IMG/VR virus record: IMGVR_UViG_3300034072_000758 | Span: 310,001-374,000 of that record | Direction: 5' to 3' (one strand) | DNA: 64,000 bases | Position numbers and translations under genes: made by a program | Notes under the pieces: model-generated | Told to the model about the DNA's origin: nothing | Databases searched by the model: none | The model's input: only the letters and a program-made list of their open reading frames with translations | Shown: positions 45,043 through 55,208 of the stretch, piece by piece | Position numbering within the stretch: position 1 is the stretch's first letter | Layout of the letters: each line of letters begins with the position of its first letter

Positions 45043-45600
45043 ATGAAATGTTGCAACGAAAATCATCAGCACACTTTTAAGTGCCTGACCGAAGGGTATT
45101 TAGACGACGATAATACTCCTTACCGTCTGGATGAAATGTATTACAAAGATTTCATGAAGGAGATCAACCCAAACAATCTCCCTCACCGCGATTACGCACC
45201 TTTAATCAAGTATGTTCGATACGTTGCGACCAAAAAAGATACCATGAAATATTTTGTTCCGAACCATCTAAATGGCTGGAATACATTCATTCAATTCACA
45301 GAATGGGATGAACAAGTCAAGGACTTATCGATTACGCCACAAGAAGCCGCTCGTCTTCTATTATGGGGTGGTAACCTGAAACTTCACTGTCAATGTCCCG
45401 CCTACAAGTTTTGGGGATCGCAATACATCTTATCCCAGCTTGATTCGGCTATTGTACCGGAAGCTCGTTTCCCACACATGAGAAACCCCAATCTGAAAGG
45501 TGTGGTCTGTAAGCATCTGAACAGAACGCTTAAAGTTCTCCCATTCCATCTTGGGGATATGGCTACGCAAATCAAGAAACAGCGCCTTACTTTGAAATAA
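45043..45600 (+). CDS. SWIM-like zinc finger protein
   Basis: HCQCPAY...RNP...VCKHL (CxC...CxH); TAAATA-N5-ATG. Confidence 0.7.
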   Translation: MKCCNENHQHTFKCLTEGYLDDDNTPYRLDEMYYKDFMKEINPNNLPHRDYAPLIKYVRYVATKKDTMKYFVPNHLNGWNTFIQFTEWDEQVKDLSITPQEAARLLLWGGNLKLHCQCPAYKFWGSQYILSQLDSAIVPEARFPHMRNPNLKGVVCKHLNRTLKVLPFHLGDMATQIKKQRLTLK

Positions 45601-46207
45601 CCTCAAGGCACTCCGGTAACAGGTGGTAATATATGGGTTCATCACCCATGTAACCCAAATCTTTCGCTTTGATTTTGACAGTGACCGCGCCCCAAGGGGG
45701 AGTCATGACTTCGTGCGCGCGTCTGTGAGCCACCACGCATTTGATCCCAATCTCCGGGTAAGCGCTGGTGTGCCGGGGCCAGTTCGGGTGATCGCCGATG
45801 ATGCGGACCTTAGTACCATGAGGAAGTGGCTGAACGTAACCTTCCAGATGATCGCGGGGAATAATAAATTGCTCGAAATCGCGCTTGAACTGATCTTCTC
45901 TAAGTTCGCGCAAAATTTCATCCACTTCTTTGTTGGATGCGATTCTTTCGGCGAGGTCATCGGTAGATAAAGACGAATAATCGCGGCCAGCGCGGATTGA
46001 CATATAACGATGACCAAGCTCGTATTTCGACAATTTCACCACGAGAGTTTTTGTATCGCTCGCTTTTTGTCCTTGCTCGTTAGTGTAATGATAAAACCCG
46101 ATACGACCAATGAGGCCAGTCGGGTCTTCACATGTTTCATAAAACCAATTGGACGGTTTTTTGATGATCTTGACCGATTGATCCCAGACCAACTTAGATT
46201 TAGGCAT
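45587..46207 (-). CDS. Hypothetical protein with paralogous C-terminal domain
   Basis: C-terminus resembles that of 46545..47066. Confidence 0.65.
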   Translation of the reverse strand: MPKSKLVWDQSVKIIKKPSNWFYETCEDPTGLIGRIGFYHYTNEQGQKASDTKTLVVKLSKYELGHRYMSIRAGRDYSSLSTDDLAERIASNKEVDEILRELREDQFKRDFEQFIIPRDHLEGYVQPLPHGTKVRIIGDHPNWPRHTSAYPEIGIKCVVAHRRAHEVMTPPWGAVTVKIKAKDLGYMGDEPIYYHLLPECLEVISK

Positions 46208-46211
46208 CGAA

Positions 46212-46532
46212 CTACTCTTCACGAAACGCGGTTGGTAGACCGAACTTGGCCAGCGCGTCATCCAAAACAATTACCGCGTCGGATGCGCTGATGATTTTCC
46301 AAATAGCGCGGTTTGCGGGTAGCGTGATCTTGGACGCTGTATCGGGCAGAAGCTTTTCTGGATACCGAATACCATAGGAATCGATATTGTATTCGATCTG
46401 AACCTCGATGTTGGGCCAAGGATGACCGAAGGACGGTCCCTTATTGTCCCAAATCGCTGTCACGAACGACGATTCGTAAGTGTCCGCGATTTTCTTCATG
46501 TGATCGAAAAGGTCTTTGCCGGTCTTAGGCAT
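46212..46532 (-). CDS. Hypothetical protein
   Basis: AGGA SD. Confidence 0.6.
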   Translation of the reverse strand: MPKTGKDLFDHMKKIADTYESSFVTAIWDNKGPSFGHPWPNIEVQIEYNIDSYGIRYPEKLLPDTASKITLPANRAIWKIISASDAVIVLDDALAKFGLPTAFREE

Positions 46533-46544
46533 GGATTTATCCTG

Positions 46545-47066
46545 TTACGGGTTAATAACTTCCAGTTTATCTACATCGAGAAAATAGTAAAGTGGTGAAC
46601 CAGCACCATAACCCAGAACCTTGGGTCTAAATTTCACGACGACTTGTCCCCAAGCGGGGGCCATAGATGATGACCGGGCGACGATCATGCCCTCGATACC
46701 CACTTTAGGATAAGCGCACACATGCGTCGGCCAGCGTTCATGCTCACCAATTACACGAACCTTCGTGTTCGGCTTGATGGGGTATTCGTATGTTTCCAGA
46801 AGCTCGACCGGAACCACGATGTCCATGTCATCTTTATAACGACCGAGCGCTTCGTCTTTGAGGTAATATTCATCAAGACCACGATAATATTCTTGATCCG
46901 CCGCAGAAGTATACGGAACGTGGCGATTTACGTCATATTTCAGGACGGTAATCGTGGCCATCCCACCATTCACTTGTTTCACGATTCCGGTAGCCCCGGT
47001 CGGATCAGTGCTATATTCCCATTCGGGTGGCTGGGAGAGAATTTTTACAGCGTCTCCCTTAAGCAT
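46545..47066 (-). CDS. Hypothetical protein with paralogous C-terminal domain
   Basis: C-terminus resembles that of 45587..46207. Confidence 0.65.
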   Translation of the reverse strand: MLKGDAVKILSQPPEWEYSTDPTGATGIVKQVNGGMATITVLKYDVNRHVPYTSAADQEYYRGLDEYYLKDEALGRYKDDMDIVVPVELLETYEYPIKPNTKVRVIGEHERWPTHVCAYPKVGIEGMIVARSSSMAPAWGQVVVKFRPKVLGYGAGSPLYYFLDVDKLEVINP

Positions 47067-47325
47067 CGGTCGGCACTTTGCCGTTGATGATCGCTTCGAG
47101 ATCGCGGAATTGAACGTAGGTGATGTTGGGGTTCTGGATGACCGGCACGAATTTACCTTGGTCGGTGTTCCAGATTTCGGTCAGGATCGAATGCGTCCAC
47201 GTACCACCCAGCTTTTTCGTGCGCTTGATGAAAGCGCCGTTGGCGGAGACATTCACGCGGTAGATATAGTTGCCTTCGATGACTTTGTAGACAGTTTCGA
47301 TGGTGACGAGATCGCGCATTTTCAT
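47059..47325 (-). CDS. Hypothetical protein
   Basis: AGGAG SD. Confidence 0.65.
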   Translation of the reverse strand: MKMRDLVTIETVYKVIEGNYIYRVNVSANGAFIKRTKKLGGTWTHSILTEIWNTDQGKFVPVIQNPNITYVQFRDLEAIINGKVPTDA

Positions 47326-47429
47326 ATGATGTGTCTCCTGATATAATATGTCGATAGACTGACAATATCACAAATCGGTATTCTGTAAAGGCATAATCAC
47401 TAAATATTTTTCTCAGGAGAATATAAAAT

Positions 47430-48089
47430 ATGGCTACTTTTGAAGAAGTAAAAGAAAAAGCAATAGCAGGAAACGTCAAAGCACAGATCGCTTTGGGTGA
47501 ATATCACCTTAATAATGAGGAATATCATTTTGCTAAACACTGGTTTATCCAAGCATCCGAAAATGACGCACGTGGTCTTTTAGGGTTAGCGACGACTTAT
47601 GAAATGATGAAAGACCCGGCTGAGGCCGTGAAGGTATATCAACAGATGTATGAAAAATATCAGGATAAGAAAGCCCTCGATATGATCATCCTTCATGAAG
47701 AAACTGCCAAGCAATATCTAAATGCGTTAACATGGCTCATGAAGGGCGGTATTAAAGATTATTCCGATGAACACAAGGCCACTAAATTATCATTCATGTC
47801 TGTATGGGATTCTGGATCGTATAACGAACAAAAATTTGTATCCGTTCTGATCTTACTAGGTCTCACATCGATTATGGGGCTATTCGAGTTCAAGGAAATG
47901 GATGAACAGGAGTTCTATCAGTTGCTTGCTGATTTAATTGGAAATGTATACGGCATTAAGGACAAGAACAAAGCACCAGAATACATCAGTGATCATATAA
48001 TTAAGAATAACCATATGCCCGTGTATGGCTACTATCTTAAAGGAGAAATGGGTGACTATACTAGGATGATGATAAAATTGATCAATTAA
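47430..48089 (+). CDS. Sel1/TPR-like repeat protein
   Basis: AIAGNVKAQIALG..., A.HWF.QA, LGLA..YE......EAV..Y. Confidence 0.65.
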   Translation: MATFEEVKEKAIAGNVKAQIALGEYHLNNEEYHFAKHWFIQASENDARGLLGLATTYEMMKDPAEAVKVYQQMYEKYQDKKALDMIILHEETAKQYLNALTWLMKGGIKDYSDEHKATKLSFMSVWDSGSYNEQKFVSVLILLGLTSIMGLFEFKEMDEQEFYQLLADLIGNVYGIKDKNKAPEYISDHIIKNNHMPVYGYYLKGEMGDYTRMMIKLIN

Positions 48090-48099
48090 TGAATCATCT

Positions 48100-48733
48100 A
48101 ATTCAGTTACACCTATGTGGTCTTTATCCCCCTGTCCCTCAGAATAATATTTCGGAAGTCCGAAATCTCAGAATCAAAATAGATTCCGAGTCCCTTCTGA
48201 GGGACAGAGGATGGAAACACTATGGTCACACCACAGGGGTAACATTCGCGCGCTAATGGTGTTTGCCGCACCGCGACTCAGGAGGATGCCATTTCCCCAA
48301 GTCTTCACTACGCCCATCCCTTGACATTCTACTTGGTTTGTCCGAACTCGATGTTTCGGGCCATAAGGAACAATACAGTGAGTTTGAGAATCAGTGACTA
48401 TGTATCTATATTACTATATGGCTGGTCCCTTGTAGAAGCAGACATCGGTTAAAGATAAAAGGGTTTTTTCCTTTCATCTTAGCATACGCATACATGTGTT
48501 ACTCATGTCCTACGTATTGGCCAGAGGCGGAATAACTTCACCGCATAACCTCTTTTGGTTTTATCCGTTTTCATGAACCGAAGTTCAAAGGGTTAACCGG
48601 ATTATTAGTCCGATCTCCTTACGGCTGACCTTACCTCAAGCTTAGGGTCATTCGTCCCCTCTTGCGTTTTCGCCCGATGAAAGGCGAAGTAATCATCTGG
48701 TCATATATGGCCACGGAAGCAAAACTCCGTGTT
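48100..48733 (-). ncRNA. Unassigned highly structured non-coding region of about 630 nt (candidate large ncRNA)
   Basis: More than 10 hairpins; G.U pairs and a C(UUCG)G loop favour the minus strand; TTGACT-N18-TACCAT promoter at 48769-48740; no ORF. Confidence 0.55.
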
Positions 48734-48938
48734 AACGTCATGGTAAGTGATTCAAAAACAAAGAGTCAAATTATTTTTTATTTTACTCAGAGGAATCTTG
48801 GACCAGTATTTATAATTGCTAATACTATATTCGATCTTTACAATACTCATAAACGATACTTCGAGAAATCATGTAGAAAATTATTGATTTCTGTGCGAAA
48901 ATATACGAAAATGGTTGCGTCTATGACCAAGGTGGAAG

Positions 48939-49184
48939 ATGATTATCTACAGAGTGCTATGTAAGGAAGACCCTTCCAAGGTTGATCGATACATATATAG
49001 CAAGAAAGACGCATTCGATGCCGCTAAAAAAGCGGCAAAGATTTTCGGCTGCGCGGTCGAAGTCACGAGATATAGCGTTACCGAAACACTTACCCCCAAG
49101 CGTTTGAATATCTGCCTTCTAAATAGATTTGGCTGGTGGGATGGTGAGCCGGAAGTTGTTCTTCAAATCTCAGCCAAAAAATAA
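48939..49184 (+). CDS. Hypothetical protein
   Basis: AAGGTGG SD. Confidence 0.65.
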   Translation: MIIYRVLCKEDPSKVDRYIYSKKDAFDAAKKAAKIFGCAVEVTRYSVTETLTPKRLNICLLNRFGWWDGEPEVVLQISAKK

Positions 49185-49243
49185 TTTTTAAATTGCTTTC
49201 TCCGTATGGTTAATATAGCTTTTAATCAAATTTGGAGAGTAGC

Positions 49244-50170
49244 GTGTTTGATAACCAGTTGTGGGTTGAGAAGTATCGACCCAAGAGTTTCGATGAGTAT
49301 GTTTGGAGTGATCCAGCCCAGCGCCAAAAGGCCGAAGAATGGGTAAAGAAGGGTTATACTCCAAACTTGCTGCTGTGTGGTAAACCCGGCTGCGGCAAAA
49401 CATCGCTCGCTAAGATGCTCCTTGATCAACTGGACGTTCCAAGCGCCGACATCTTGTATATCAAGGCGTCGAATGAGCGCAGGATCGATGAACTCCAAGA
49501 TCGTATCAATCAATTCACTGAAACCTATGCGTTCTCCGAGACGGGCATCAAGTACGTCATTCTGGATGAAGCTGATAGTCTATCGCAACTTTCGCAAAAG
49601 TTTCTGCGTTCGGAAATGGAATTAGATTCAGTTCGCTTCATTCTCACATGTAACTATGAGAACAAGATTATTGAGCCGCTTCACTCTCGTCTTCAAACAG
49701 TTCGGTTTTCGTCTCTGAACAAAGATGATTTCATTGTTCGGTGCGGCGAAGTCCTCGCGCTCGAAAGTGTTGACTTCGAAATTGAGAACCTGATGAAGTA
49801 CGTGGATGCGTCCTATCCAGACCTTCGCAAATGTATCGGGACGCTGGAACAAGAGACATTGAATGGCTCTCTTAAGCCATATAGCGATCTGGCTTCCAAG
49901 GGAACCGCCCAAGACTATCTTCTGGAAGCCTTTGCTTTGTTCAAGACGGGTAATTATCGCGCGGGTCGTGAGATCGTGATCGCCAATGCTTCGTTGGAAG
50001 AATACGTCGATATTTTCCGATGGTTCTATTCGAACCTCGATTTGTGGGAAACCCCACAGGAACAGGATCAAGCCCTCCTGATTATTCGTAAGGCGTTGGT
50101 CTACCACTCAAGCGTTGCCGATCCAGAAATCAATCTGGCGGCAATGCTGGTGGAGTTGTCCGCGATTTAA
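49244..50170 (+). CDS. Clamp loader AAA+ subunit (T4 gp44/RFC-like)
   Basis: LWVEKYRP, GKPGCGKTS, ILDEAD, FILTCN, PLHSR, PDLRK. Confidence 0.93.
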   Translation: MFDNQLWVEKYRPKSFDEYVWSDPAQRQKAEEWVKKGYTPNLLLCGKPGCGKTSLAKMLLDQLDVPSADILYIKASNERRIDELQDRINQFTETYAFSETGIKYVILDEADSLSQLSQKFLRSEMELDSVRFILTCNYENKIIEPLHSRLQTVRFSSLNKDDFIVRCGEVLALESVDFEIENLMKYVDASYPDLRKCIGTLEQETLNGSLKPYSDLASKGTAQDYLLEAFALFKTGNYRAGREIVIANASLEEYVDIFRWFYSNLDLWETPQEQDQALLIIRKALVYHSSVADPEINLAAMLVELSAI

Positions 50171-50182
50171 GGAGGGACACAG

Positions 50183-50638
50183 ATGTTTGGACTATTAAGT
50201 GTTTTAGGTTTCGCCAAGGATGCGTGGGCCTACGTAACCCAACACTGGAAGATGCTTCTTCTGGTGGGCGGGTTAATTGCCGTTCTGGTTGGAGTGACGG
50301 TCGGAGCCTACAATCTAGCCAAGGCTATGAGTAAGCAACAAATCGAAGCTATCAAGGAAGTATCGGAGAAGGCCGGACGAACCGAAGCCAATCTGAACAC
50401 CATGAAGGAAGCTCAAGCTCGTATGGAACAACAGATGACGGAGATCAATCGTCGTCTGGACGAGACTAACCAGCGCTTCGATGAAGTGCGTGTTGAGAAC
50501 CAAAAGGCTCAAAAGACCATCAATTCTTATGACGCCAAAGGTGTTGCTAAGACGCAAGGCCCGAAGGTGGTAGAAGATTGGGCCAACAAGACCAATAACG
50601 ATTTGTTCAAGGACGTTCAGAAGGAAGCAAATCAATGA
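50183..50638 (+). CDS. Putative inner-membrane spanin (Rz-like)
   Basis: N-terminal TM helix plus periplasmic coiled coil; overlaps a lipoprotein gene. Confidence 0.7.
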   Translation: MFGLLSVLGFAKDAWAYVTQHWKMLLLVGGLIAVLVGVTVGAYNLAKAMSKQQIEAIKEVSEKAGRTEANLNTMKEAQARMEQQMTEINRRLDETNQRFDEVRVENQKAQKTINSYDAKGVAKTQGPKVVEDWANKTNNDLFKDVQKEANQ

Positions 50639-50985
50639 GACGAGTTCTTTTAGGATTGGCGGCTCTCACTCTGACCGCCTGTACATCGACTCCGCCAAAG
50701 GAAATCATCGTGGTCGATGATAAGCCCAAGGTAAAAGCACCATCACCTGATACGATTACCATGCGCGAAGTGACGTGGAAGGTTTATGATCGGGCGTCTC
50801 TGGAAGCATATCTAGCTGAGGCCAAGAAAGAAAACCGGGATGTCCTGATCTTCGTCCTCGAAGAAGATGGTTTCAAGGCTCTAAACTCCAATATTGCGGA
50901 TATATTGGCATATATGAAACAACGCAACGCCGGGGTGAAGTTCTACGAACAAACTTACGTCGAAGATAACACAACGAAGAAGTAA
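50635..50985 (+). CDS. Putative outer-membrane spanin lipoprotein (Rz1-like)
   Basis: Lipobox LTAC, Pro-rich linker. Confidence 0.75.
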   Translation: MRRVLLGLAALTLTACTSTPPKEIIVVDDKPKVKAPSPDTITMREVTWKVYDRASLEAYLAEAKKENRDVLIFVLEEDGFKALNSNIADILAYMKQRNAGVKFYEQTYVEDNTTKK

Positions 50986-50986
50986 A

Positions 50987-51229
50987 ATGACCGAAGAAGA
51001 AAATAAAATGCTGGCCAAATCAATAGGTCAGTTTAAGGAATTACTAGAAGCTGGGGTGGACAACGCGGAAATTGATAAAATAGCATCGATTCATCCTTTA
51101 TATGAAACAGCTTTGAATTTGGCTCGCGCTTCAAAATCTATTGAAGATGGAACAGCCATTTTGATTGATGCCGATGATTTTTTCAAAGAATTGGGTATCG
51201 ATCTGTCTGAGATAAAAGAAGAGGAATAA
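50987..51229 (+). CDS. Hypothetical acidic protein
   Basis: Coupled ORF followed by a terminator at 51229-51253. Confidence 0.6.
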   Translation: MTEEENKMLAKSIGQFKELLEAGVDNAEIDKIASIHPLYETALNLARASKSIEDGTAILIDADDFFKELGIDLSEIKEEE

Positions 51230-51255
51230 AAAAGCCGCGTAACGCGGCTTTTTCT

Positions 51256-51468
51256 TTATTTGATGCTGGTCCAGTTACACCATGCGTCATCATCGGACAA
51301 ATGATCGAAAGCCATAAGCTTATCTATATAGTTCTGAGCCTCGATATAGGTCTTGAACCGCATGATCTCATAATTACACATGATCATATCGGCCCAGAAG
51401 AACCAGAACATGTGTTGCTGAACGTAAAACATCGATTTACGACGCTTGATGCGATATTTGATTTCCAT
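51256..51468 (-). CDS. Hypothetical protein
   Basis: GAGGA SD. Confidence 0.6.
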   Translation of the reverse strand: MEIKYRIKRRKSMFYVQQHMFWFFWADMIMCNYEIMRFKTYIEAQNYIDKLMAFDHLSDDDAWCNWTSIK

Positions 51469-51607
51469 TGGGTTTCCTCTTTTTATATGTCGTTTATATG
51501 ACGCTACGCCGGTTCTGAGTATTCGTCAATATCTTTATTGACGCCTTGACAGATTAAGTATTCGTGGTATGTTAGAATATATTCTATATTAGACGGAGCT
51601 ATAAAAT

Positions 51608-52048
51608 ATGAAAAATCTGATCATCGCCGCCGCAATCATCATGGCTCCGCAAGCTTCATACGCGGCGGTTAGTAATCCTGTACTTACGACCGAAGATATT
51701 TCGTCTGCTGTTGACCAGCGTTGCCAGTCAGAACTTTGCGAACAGGTTGTTCGTGAGATCATGATGGGTAAGATGGGTCGCGCCGCTGCGGTTCGTGGTA
51801 ATGGAGTAGCTTCCTGTGTCAAAGCCAATTCGACGCTGGGTGGGCTTATTTCTCAAGCCTCTTTTAATGTACGCCAAGGGCGGTCGCATGAAGAGGGAAG
51901 CGACATCGCCAACCTGATCTATACCGATACATATTTCGTCCGTCTGACTTTGCGGGACATCATCGCTATCGGTGACGCGAAACAATGCGACAAACTCATG
52001 CGCGTCGGAAACTACATTATCGGCGAGATAACAAAAAAATATAATTAA
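51608..52048 (+). CDS. Secreted hypothetical protein
   Basis: Signal peptide ending ASYA, four Cys, TTGACA promoter. Confidence 0.7.
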   Translation: MKNLIIAAAIIMAPQASYAAVSNPVLTTEDISSAVDQRCQSELCEQVVREIMMGKMGRAAAVRGNGVASCVKANSTLGGLISQASFNVRQGRSHEEGSDIANLIYTDTYFVRLTLRDIIAIGDAKQCDKLMRVGNYIIGEITKKYN

Positions 52049-52112
52049 TAATTGCGTTAAGAAAACATAAACCCTAATATAGGTTCCAGTGATCTTTATC
52101 AAGGAACCATTT

Positions 52113-54362
52113 ATGTCCATTTCTATTTTTAATGACGCAAAATCCAAAGCAATCGAGTTCGGCCACGAGTATATCACGCCTGAGCATGTGTTCGCCGCGT
52201 TGTTGAACAAAGAAGAAATCCAAAAGATGATTTCTTCGTTTGATATAGAACCACAACAAATCCAAGATGAACTGGAAGAATACCTCAAAGAGGCTTCGGT
52301 CCAGAACATTATCCCGGCCCTTCAATCGGATGGCCACTTGAAAGTTACTCGCGCTGTTGATAGATTACAGCGATTCGAAATCCTCATTTCCACGATTACG
52401 AATGGACAGTTGGACGACAACTTCTATCTGTTTTCCGCGATGTTCACCGACAACGACAGTTTCGTTTATTACCTTCTCAGCAAGTTCGGCGTGGAGAAGG
52501 CTCAGGTCGAGACCTACGTGAAGCGCTATTATGCCGTGAAGTTCTTCGATCATGACGAAAAGACTGGCGCTCCCGCGACCAAGGGTAAGAAAGAAGATAC
52601 CCCAAGCGAACTGGAAAAGTATGCGGTCAACCTCAACGAAAAAGCCAAAGAACTCAAAATCGATCCTCTGATCGGTCGAGAAAGCGAAGTCTATTCCATC
52701 ACGCAAATCATGGCGCGTTATAAGAAGAATAACGCCATGCTGATCGGTGAAGCTGGCGTCGGTAAGACAGCTATCGTGGAAGGTCTGGCTCTGAATATCG
52801 TCAATGGCAACGTGCCAGAATCCCTTCGTGATGCCACGATCTATGCTTTGGATATTGCCTCTCTGTTGGCTGGTACTCGTTTCCGTGGTGAATTTGAAGA
52901 ACGTGTCAAGCTGGTTCTGGAAGAACTCAAGCTCGATCCGAATGCGATCCTCTTCATTGACGAAATTCACATGATCCTTAGCGCCGGGGCATCGGGCGAC
53001 AACAACGTCAACGCGGCTAACCTGTTGAAGCCCGCCCTTGCCCGTGGTGATTTGCGTTGTATCGGTTCTACGACATATGAGGAATATCGTAAGTTTGTGG
53101 AAAAGGACAAGGCACTCGCGCGCCGCTTCAAGAAGCTGGATGTCAACGAACCTACGGTCGAAGACGCTAAGGCGATTTTGAAAGGCTCCAAGAGCTATTA
53201 CGAGACCTTCCACGGTCTGTACTTCGATGACGAAGCTCTGGATGCCGCTGTGGACCTCTCACATCGTTATGTGAAGGGTTTCCTGCCCGACAAGGCATTC
53301 GATCTGATTGATGACGCTGCGGCTCATATTAAGCTCTCTGGTAACCTTCGTAATCTGAATGTCGATGACATCGAGGCCGAAGTTTCCAAGACAGCCCGTA
53401 TTCCCCCGGCGACGGTATCGGAATCGGAAAATCAAAAGCTCGAAAATCTTGAAGGTGATCTTTTGGGCGAAATTTTCGGCCAAGATGCTGCGATCACCGA
53501 ATTGACCGATTCTATCATCATTTCCAGATCGGGATTGCGTGAACCCAATAAACCCGCTGCTGCCTATCTGTTTGCTGGACCAACCGGTGTCGGTAAGACC
53601 GAAGTAGCAAAGCAACTGGCTCGAACCCTTGGTATCGAACTAGTGCGTATGGACATGTCGGAATATATGGAAAAGCACTCGGTCTCTAAGTTGATCGGTG
53701 CTGGCCCCGGTTATGTCGGGTATGGTGAAGGCGGGAATGGATCGGGTAAACTGATCAACGCCATCGACACCACGCCACATTGCGTCCTTTTGATTGATGA
53801 AATCGAAAAGGCTCATGCTGATGTACAGAACATTTTCCTTCAAGTCATGGACAACGCTTCGTTGGAATCGTCTTCCGGTAAGAAAGTTGATTTCCAAAAT
53901 GTCATTATCATTATGACGACAAATGCCGGATCGGCCATCAGTGAGAAAAGCTCAATCGGCTTCGGGAACAGCACCAATACGGATAACTCCGGGGAACAAG
54001 ATAAGGCCATCAAGGCTATGTTCTCTCCTGAGTTCCGTAATCGTCTGGATGCGATCATTCGGTTCTCCGCTTTGGATGAACGCAACATGGTCAGCATTGC
54101 TAACAAATTCGTTGGTGAAATGATCTCTCAAGCCAAGGTTTCAAAGGGTGTGACGATTACGGTTGCTGATGAAGTGGTATCGTTCTTGGCTGTCAAGGGT
54201 TACGACCGCGCATATGGTGCTCGTCCTATGAAGCGCGCGATCACCGATTACATCAAGAAGCCTCTGGCGCGTCTTTTGTTGAAGGCAAAGGCTGGGGATC
54301 ATCTTCGTATCGAATTAAACGAAGTACCGGTAGTCAAGATTATCGAACAAATTGAGGCATAA
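52113..54362 (+). CDS. clpA: ATP-dependent Clp protease ATPase subunit ClpA
   Basis: HEYITPEH; two AAA modules ([16 protein letters not shown]); [16 protein letters not shown]; IGF loop; no ClpB middle domain. Confidence 0.93.
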   Translation: MSISIFNDAKSKAIEFGHEYITPEHVFAALLNKEEIQKMISSFDIEPQQIQDELEEYLKEASVQNIIPALQSDGHLKVTRAVDRLQRFEILISTITNGQLDDNFYLFSAMFTDNDSFVYYLLSKFGVEKAQVETYVKRYYAVKFFDHDEKTGAPATKGKKEDTPSELEKYAVNLNEKAKELKIDPLIGRESEVYSITQIMARYKKNNAMLIGEAGVGKTAIVEGLALNIVNGNVPESLRDATIYALDIASLLAGTRFRGEFEERVKLVLEELKLDPNAILFIDEIHMILSAGASGDNNVNAANLLKPALARGDLRCIGSTTYEEYRKFVEKDKALARRFKKLDVNEPTVEDAKAILKGSKSYYETFHGLYFDDEALDAAVDLSHRYVKGFLPDKAFDLIDDAAAHIKLSGNLRNLNVDDIEAEVSKTARIPPATVSESENQKLENLEGDLLGEIFGQDAAITELTDSIIISRSGLREPNKPAAAYLFAGPTGVGKTEVAKQLARTLGIELVRMDMSEYMEKHSVSKLIGAGPGYVGYGEGGNGSGKLINAIDTTPHCVLLIDEIEKAHADVQNIFLQVMDNASLESSSGKKVDFQNVIIIMTTNAGSAISEKSSIGFGNSTNTDNSGEQDKAIKAMFSPEFRNRLDAIIRFSALDERNMVSIANKFVGEMISQAKVSKGVTITVADEVVSFLAVKGYDRAYGARPMKRAITDYIKKPLARLLLKAKAGDHLRIELNEVPVVKIIEQIEA

Positions 54363-54390
54363 GAAAGGGGAGCATTGCTCCCCTTTTTTT
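54362..54390 (+). terminator. Intrinsic terminator
   Basis: AAGGGGAGC-ATT-GCTCCCCTT-TTTTT. Confidence 0.85.
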
Positions 54391-54392
54391 GT

Positions 54393-54851
54393 TTAACCTA
54401 CGCACCAACCAAGATTGCGACAAAAGGCGTATCGCGGAACAGCGCGCGTCATGGCCTCTTCGGCTTCCTTGATTGTATAGTAGGGGTCGGAGTAGTTGTC
54501 TGCAATTTCGCCGTCTACACTTTGAAGTTCGACAACGTGTGAGGCGCGTTTGATGGTGTTGATGCGGAACTCGAAGACCGTTTTGTCTTCGCGGGTCAGA
54601 AAGTAATGACCTTCACCGAATGGATAATTCTTATTGCGATCAACAACGTATTGACCAGCAGCGGTTGGGCGATAGGCGCGTGAGTTAGCCGGGGTCCACA
54701 CACCCTGAACGCGGACGATTTCTTCGACCAAACCCATTTCTACCAGCTTCTTACGAGAAGCAACTTTCCAGTTGTGGGGATAACCACCCGAAATGGCCGT
54801 TTGCTTGGCGATGTCCAATAGAGCGATGCGCAGGGTTTCGGTCATTTTCAT
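54393..54851 (-). CDS. Hypothetical protein
   Basis: AGGAG SD. Confidence 0.65.
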   Translation of the reverse strand: MKMTETLRIALLDIAKQTAISGGYPHNWKVASRKKLVEMGLVEEIVRVQGVWTPANSRAYRPTAAGQYVVDRNKNYPFGEGHYFLTREDKTVFEFRINTIKRASHVVELQSVDGEIADNYSDPYYTIKEAEEAMTRAVPRYAFCRNLGWCVG

Positions 54852-54896
54852 ATGAGTGGTCTCCTATATAATATGAAACCACTATAGCATATGTTG

Positions 54897-55154
54897 TTAG
54901 GATGTCAAGTTACGTAAGAAAGAAAATGCTTCTTCCTTGGTATTAAACCTACGATTTACTGGTGGATTGTAGAGAGATACGTGTATTAAATTGTCGGAAA
55001 ACAATCTAACCATACCTCTTCCGGGGAATCGACCATTGCCAGCTTGTCTATTGTTCCATCTGGTCTTGTATGGGTACGGAAACTTTCTATAGAAGGTTTC
55101 GGTTTGGAGTATTTGCGAGACGGTCTCGTAAAATTCTTTTTCATCTGTTTTCAT
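54897..55154 (-). CDS. Hypothetical protein
   Basis: ORF downstream of TTGACA. Confidence 0.6.
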   Translation of the reverse strand: MKTDEKEFYETVSQILQTETFYRKFPYPYKTRWNNRQAGNGRFPGRGMVRLFSDNLIHVSLYNPPVNRRFNTKEEAFSFLRNLTS

Positions 55155-55208
55155 ATTGTTATATATTGTCGCTTAGAAAAATCGTTTTGTCAACAGCTAA
55201 ATAATCAT

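Noticed and set aside
48106-48243. Retron msr-msd or IS200/605 end
   Set aside because: No reverse transcriptase, transposase or TnpB nearby.
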